NCBI RefSeq assembly: GCF_964204865.1 | Contig: NC_135252.1 | Coordinates: 8,308,001 to 8,372,000, forward strand | Direction of reading: 5' to 3' | Length of the DNA: 64,000 nt | Source: Styela clava | Taxonomy: Eukaryota | In this document: positions 61,116-64,000 of the stretch, in pieces | How positions within the stretch are numbered: position 1 is the stretch's first letter | How the letters are laid out: every line of letters starts with the position of its first letter | Notes under the pieces: generated by a model | Told to the model about the DNA's origin: nothing | The model's input: the letters and a program-made list of their open reading frames with translations, nothing else | The model's database searches: none | Translations under genes and position numbers: made by a program

Positions 61116-63496
61116 ATGTAAAAGTCGAATCGATAAAACCAGACTACATTTTAACGCAGGGTCGTATTCATGTGAATGAACAGTTAATGTATGTATGTTT
61201 ATTTGCGTCAAAATTTAGCAACATCTGCATAATAAATAAACAAGAGAGCTGTGTTCAAACTTATGAACACGAACGCCTAAGCGAAGCAGTAGTCTAACTT
61301 ATCTTCCATGAAGTACCTCACATGGTACCGTCAAAAAACTTCCGACATTCGCGCACGAGAGATGTCGCAGAACCACTACATAATATTTATATTAATTTTG
61401 AAGAGGTTATCAAACAAAATTTCGAATCACATAAATCCCACGGAAAGTTTTGAAATAAATAGAAGTAATAACTTTCTAGCGAAAAATACAATCTTTAACC
61501 ACCGGAACTTTCAAAGCAATTGGTCCAGTAGTTGATTAGTAATATGAGTTTTTCATACCAGTTTGGAGAAAAACATCAGCAACAGCATATAATAAAAAAA
61601 TGATCGCCATCCCTTTTAATGAATGGGTTAAAAATAAAGTTTCATGGTAGAAATTAAGACCGTGAGGCTTATATATTTCAATAAAGTTTGCATCAACGAG
61701 AAACATAATCAGGGACGTGCCAAACTTTTCTGCTGCCCGGAGCGAGTTTCTGGTAAGGATGCCTTATACGTATACCTAACTTCAAAAATATTTCGGGGGA
61801 TAAACAGATTACACTGGCCAACAATTTTTTACTTTTCGAATGTTGTTTAGATTTTTGCAACTGATTTGGGGTATTTTGGCACTGCTGAATCCGAAAATAA
61901 CATCCGTTTCTCTCCATCAGGTCAAGTTTGTGCGTTTCAAAAAATCATCCCGATTGACAAAATTGATTACATTTATGTGTCATTATGATTTATGACGTCA
62001 TTTTGTCAGCACACATACTAAAAAAAGAAAAAAAATTATTTGTCCAACAATATATATTGATTATGAGATGGAAACATCGATTAATAAAAACTGAATGATG
62101 CTCATTGATAAAGAAAAGTAATGGAAAATGTAAAAAAAAGTTTGTATTTCAAATCGGAGTGATAAATACAAGCCAGATGTATGGTGGCCCATCGTTGTCA
62201 CGCGTAAAATTAAAAAAAAAAAATGAAAAAATAAAATGAAAAAGCGAAAATAAAAAAAACATAAAAATAATTGAAAAAAAATAAATGAAAAAAAAAAATA
62301 ATTAAAAAAAAAAAATTGGATAAAAAGAAAATAAAAAGGTTGACAACGATGGTCCGCCTCGTGGCCCATCGTTGTCACGCGTTTTTATTTTTAGAAAATT
62401 TGATGCTGCTTGGGACCAACGTTGTCAGGCTTAATCCTACACGCACGAATGTGTTTCCTGGGTTTCTAACTCACTACTGATTTTCATGAGCAATATTCAA
62501 TAAATTCAACATGAAAATGTTCTATGAATTCTCCATGCTACAAGTTCAACCACAAGCAATATATTTATAATAATGATAAGAGAATATAGAATTGAATACG
62601 AAAATTTGTTTTTACGTGTAGAAGGTAATTTAATTGGAAAATGCTGCTTAACTGCTCAGTTGTCCGGACACTCGTGCGATGCCGGTACGGTACCGTCTGA
62701 CCGTACCGGTACCCATGCAATCACTCATGAAAGAATGGGAGATACGGATAGTCTCGTAGAATATAGACTACTGAAACACTCTCTGCGCCTGCCCCATACC
62801 GTACAGCCGTAACGTACCGATCCAGACAAATGATAAATCGCCCGTGCTCAACCATTTATTTCAATCCATACCTCGACTCACTATGCAACTCTGACGTCAC
62901 TCCATAAGGCTACAGGCGAAAGATTGTATTTCATGATACGCTCCAATGCACATATTTCTCGTCGCCTTTCGTGACCGTTTTCCGCTCGCTTTTGCTACTC
63001 GGCGTTTTCTTTACGTGTAGTACCTTCCTATTTGCGCCTGTAACGAAAGAAAATAATCCTTATATTTAAGAAGATTTGCTCACTTGGAAAGCTGGAATCA
63101 CAGACAAGCTGTGAAGAGTAATTCTGGACATCATAGACGTTTTTTTATCAGAGAAGATTACGAACGCGATAGCGTAAAGATTCGTGTGGAACATTTTGCT
63201 GATAATGACAAAGTTTAAAGTTAGTAATTTTAATGTTTGCGCTTAAACATTGAAATTTCATTTAAAGGGGGTGTCATACAAAACAGCAAAACTGTTTTTA
63301 CTTCTTTTTACGGTGCTGTGGTACAATTCCATAACACAAAGTTTGCACCTATCGAACTTGCTTTAGTAGGTGAATTTATTAGACATATTACATATTCAGT
63401 TAATCGTAGGTAACATTTCTGGTACATAATGCCCCGTAGATAGGTTTGTGCCTAAATTTAGCTCATAGCTCACTAATTAATATTATCTTCGATGCA

Positions 63497-63602
63497 GGAG
63501 GTTGCAGGGCTGAATTCAACTTTCAGCCTTACCGATCACCTGACGATGCTCATTTAGTTTGGCTCGAGCAAGTCCTCTTGAAAGACTTGTGTGAATGGGA
63601 AC
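63497..63602 (+). pseudogene. Short P-element/THAP9-like transposase remnant
   Basis: The translation FQPYRSPDDAHLVWLEQVLLKDLCEW resembles the PY.S.DD.R..WL...FL..L..W segment of invertebrate P-like transposases. The match is short. Confidence 0.4.
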
Positions 63603-64000
63603 TACCTATATGTTTTGCCTTCCTCCGATTTTAGAAGACAAATTTATTCTGAGGGATTTCGCATATAATTCTCATTGATTGTTGGCTGTTTATAATTTCT
63701 ATTAATTGTGAATTCTGATCATAACAAAGAGTTAAAAAATATTTTACGTAATTTACTAGCACCTTTTTCTTGTCAGTACTCCAAGCTGAGGTAATAAACA
63801 AGACAATACATTTATGTCATCTGGAAGCAAAATATGCACACTAATTAAAAGTTTGACACATTGAGATAATACACCATGACAGGAAATAAAAGTTAAAGAT
63901 ATATATGACCATCACATGGTAATTAAAATTAAAAAAAAATAATAGGGGCTGTGGAGTAGGAAAAGTTCAAGACAAAGAAAAGAACAAAAGTTCATAGCTC

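Noticed and set aside
62061-62378. Phe-rich 105-aa ORF
   Set aside because: Translation of a poly-T/A low-complexity tract.

Overview
AT-rich, intron-containing eukaryotic DNA from a compact invertebrate genome. A tunicate/ascidian is the best guess from chordate-like proteins and short introns, but this is inference only. Genes in order: D2HGDH (-, runs off the left edge), intronless BDH2 (-), SLC44/CTL1-like choline transporter (+), an acidic-N-terminus macrodomain protein (+), an orphan terminal exon with an internal 73-aa duplication (-), a decayed copy and an intact copy of a hAT-transposase-derived gene (-), MPHOSPH10 (-), DCPS (+), a Tau/MAP2/MAP4-family gene (-), and intronless ALG9 (+). 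The most striking feature is the Tau/MAP-family gene. It has about 10 microtubule-binding repeats, seven of them on separate 93-nt phase-0 exons resembling human MAPT exon 10, plus one divergent candidate repeat exon. Repeats include a tRNA-derived SINE family, three hAT non-autonomous elements with 8-bp TSDs (two nested), a DINE-1/Helentron-like family, a TTAGGG-containing foldback element and a P-element-like transposase scrap. Exon boundaries were inferred by eye from GT/AG sites and reading-frame continuity.
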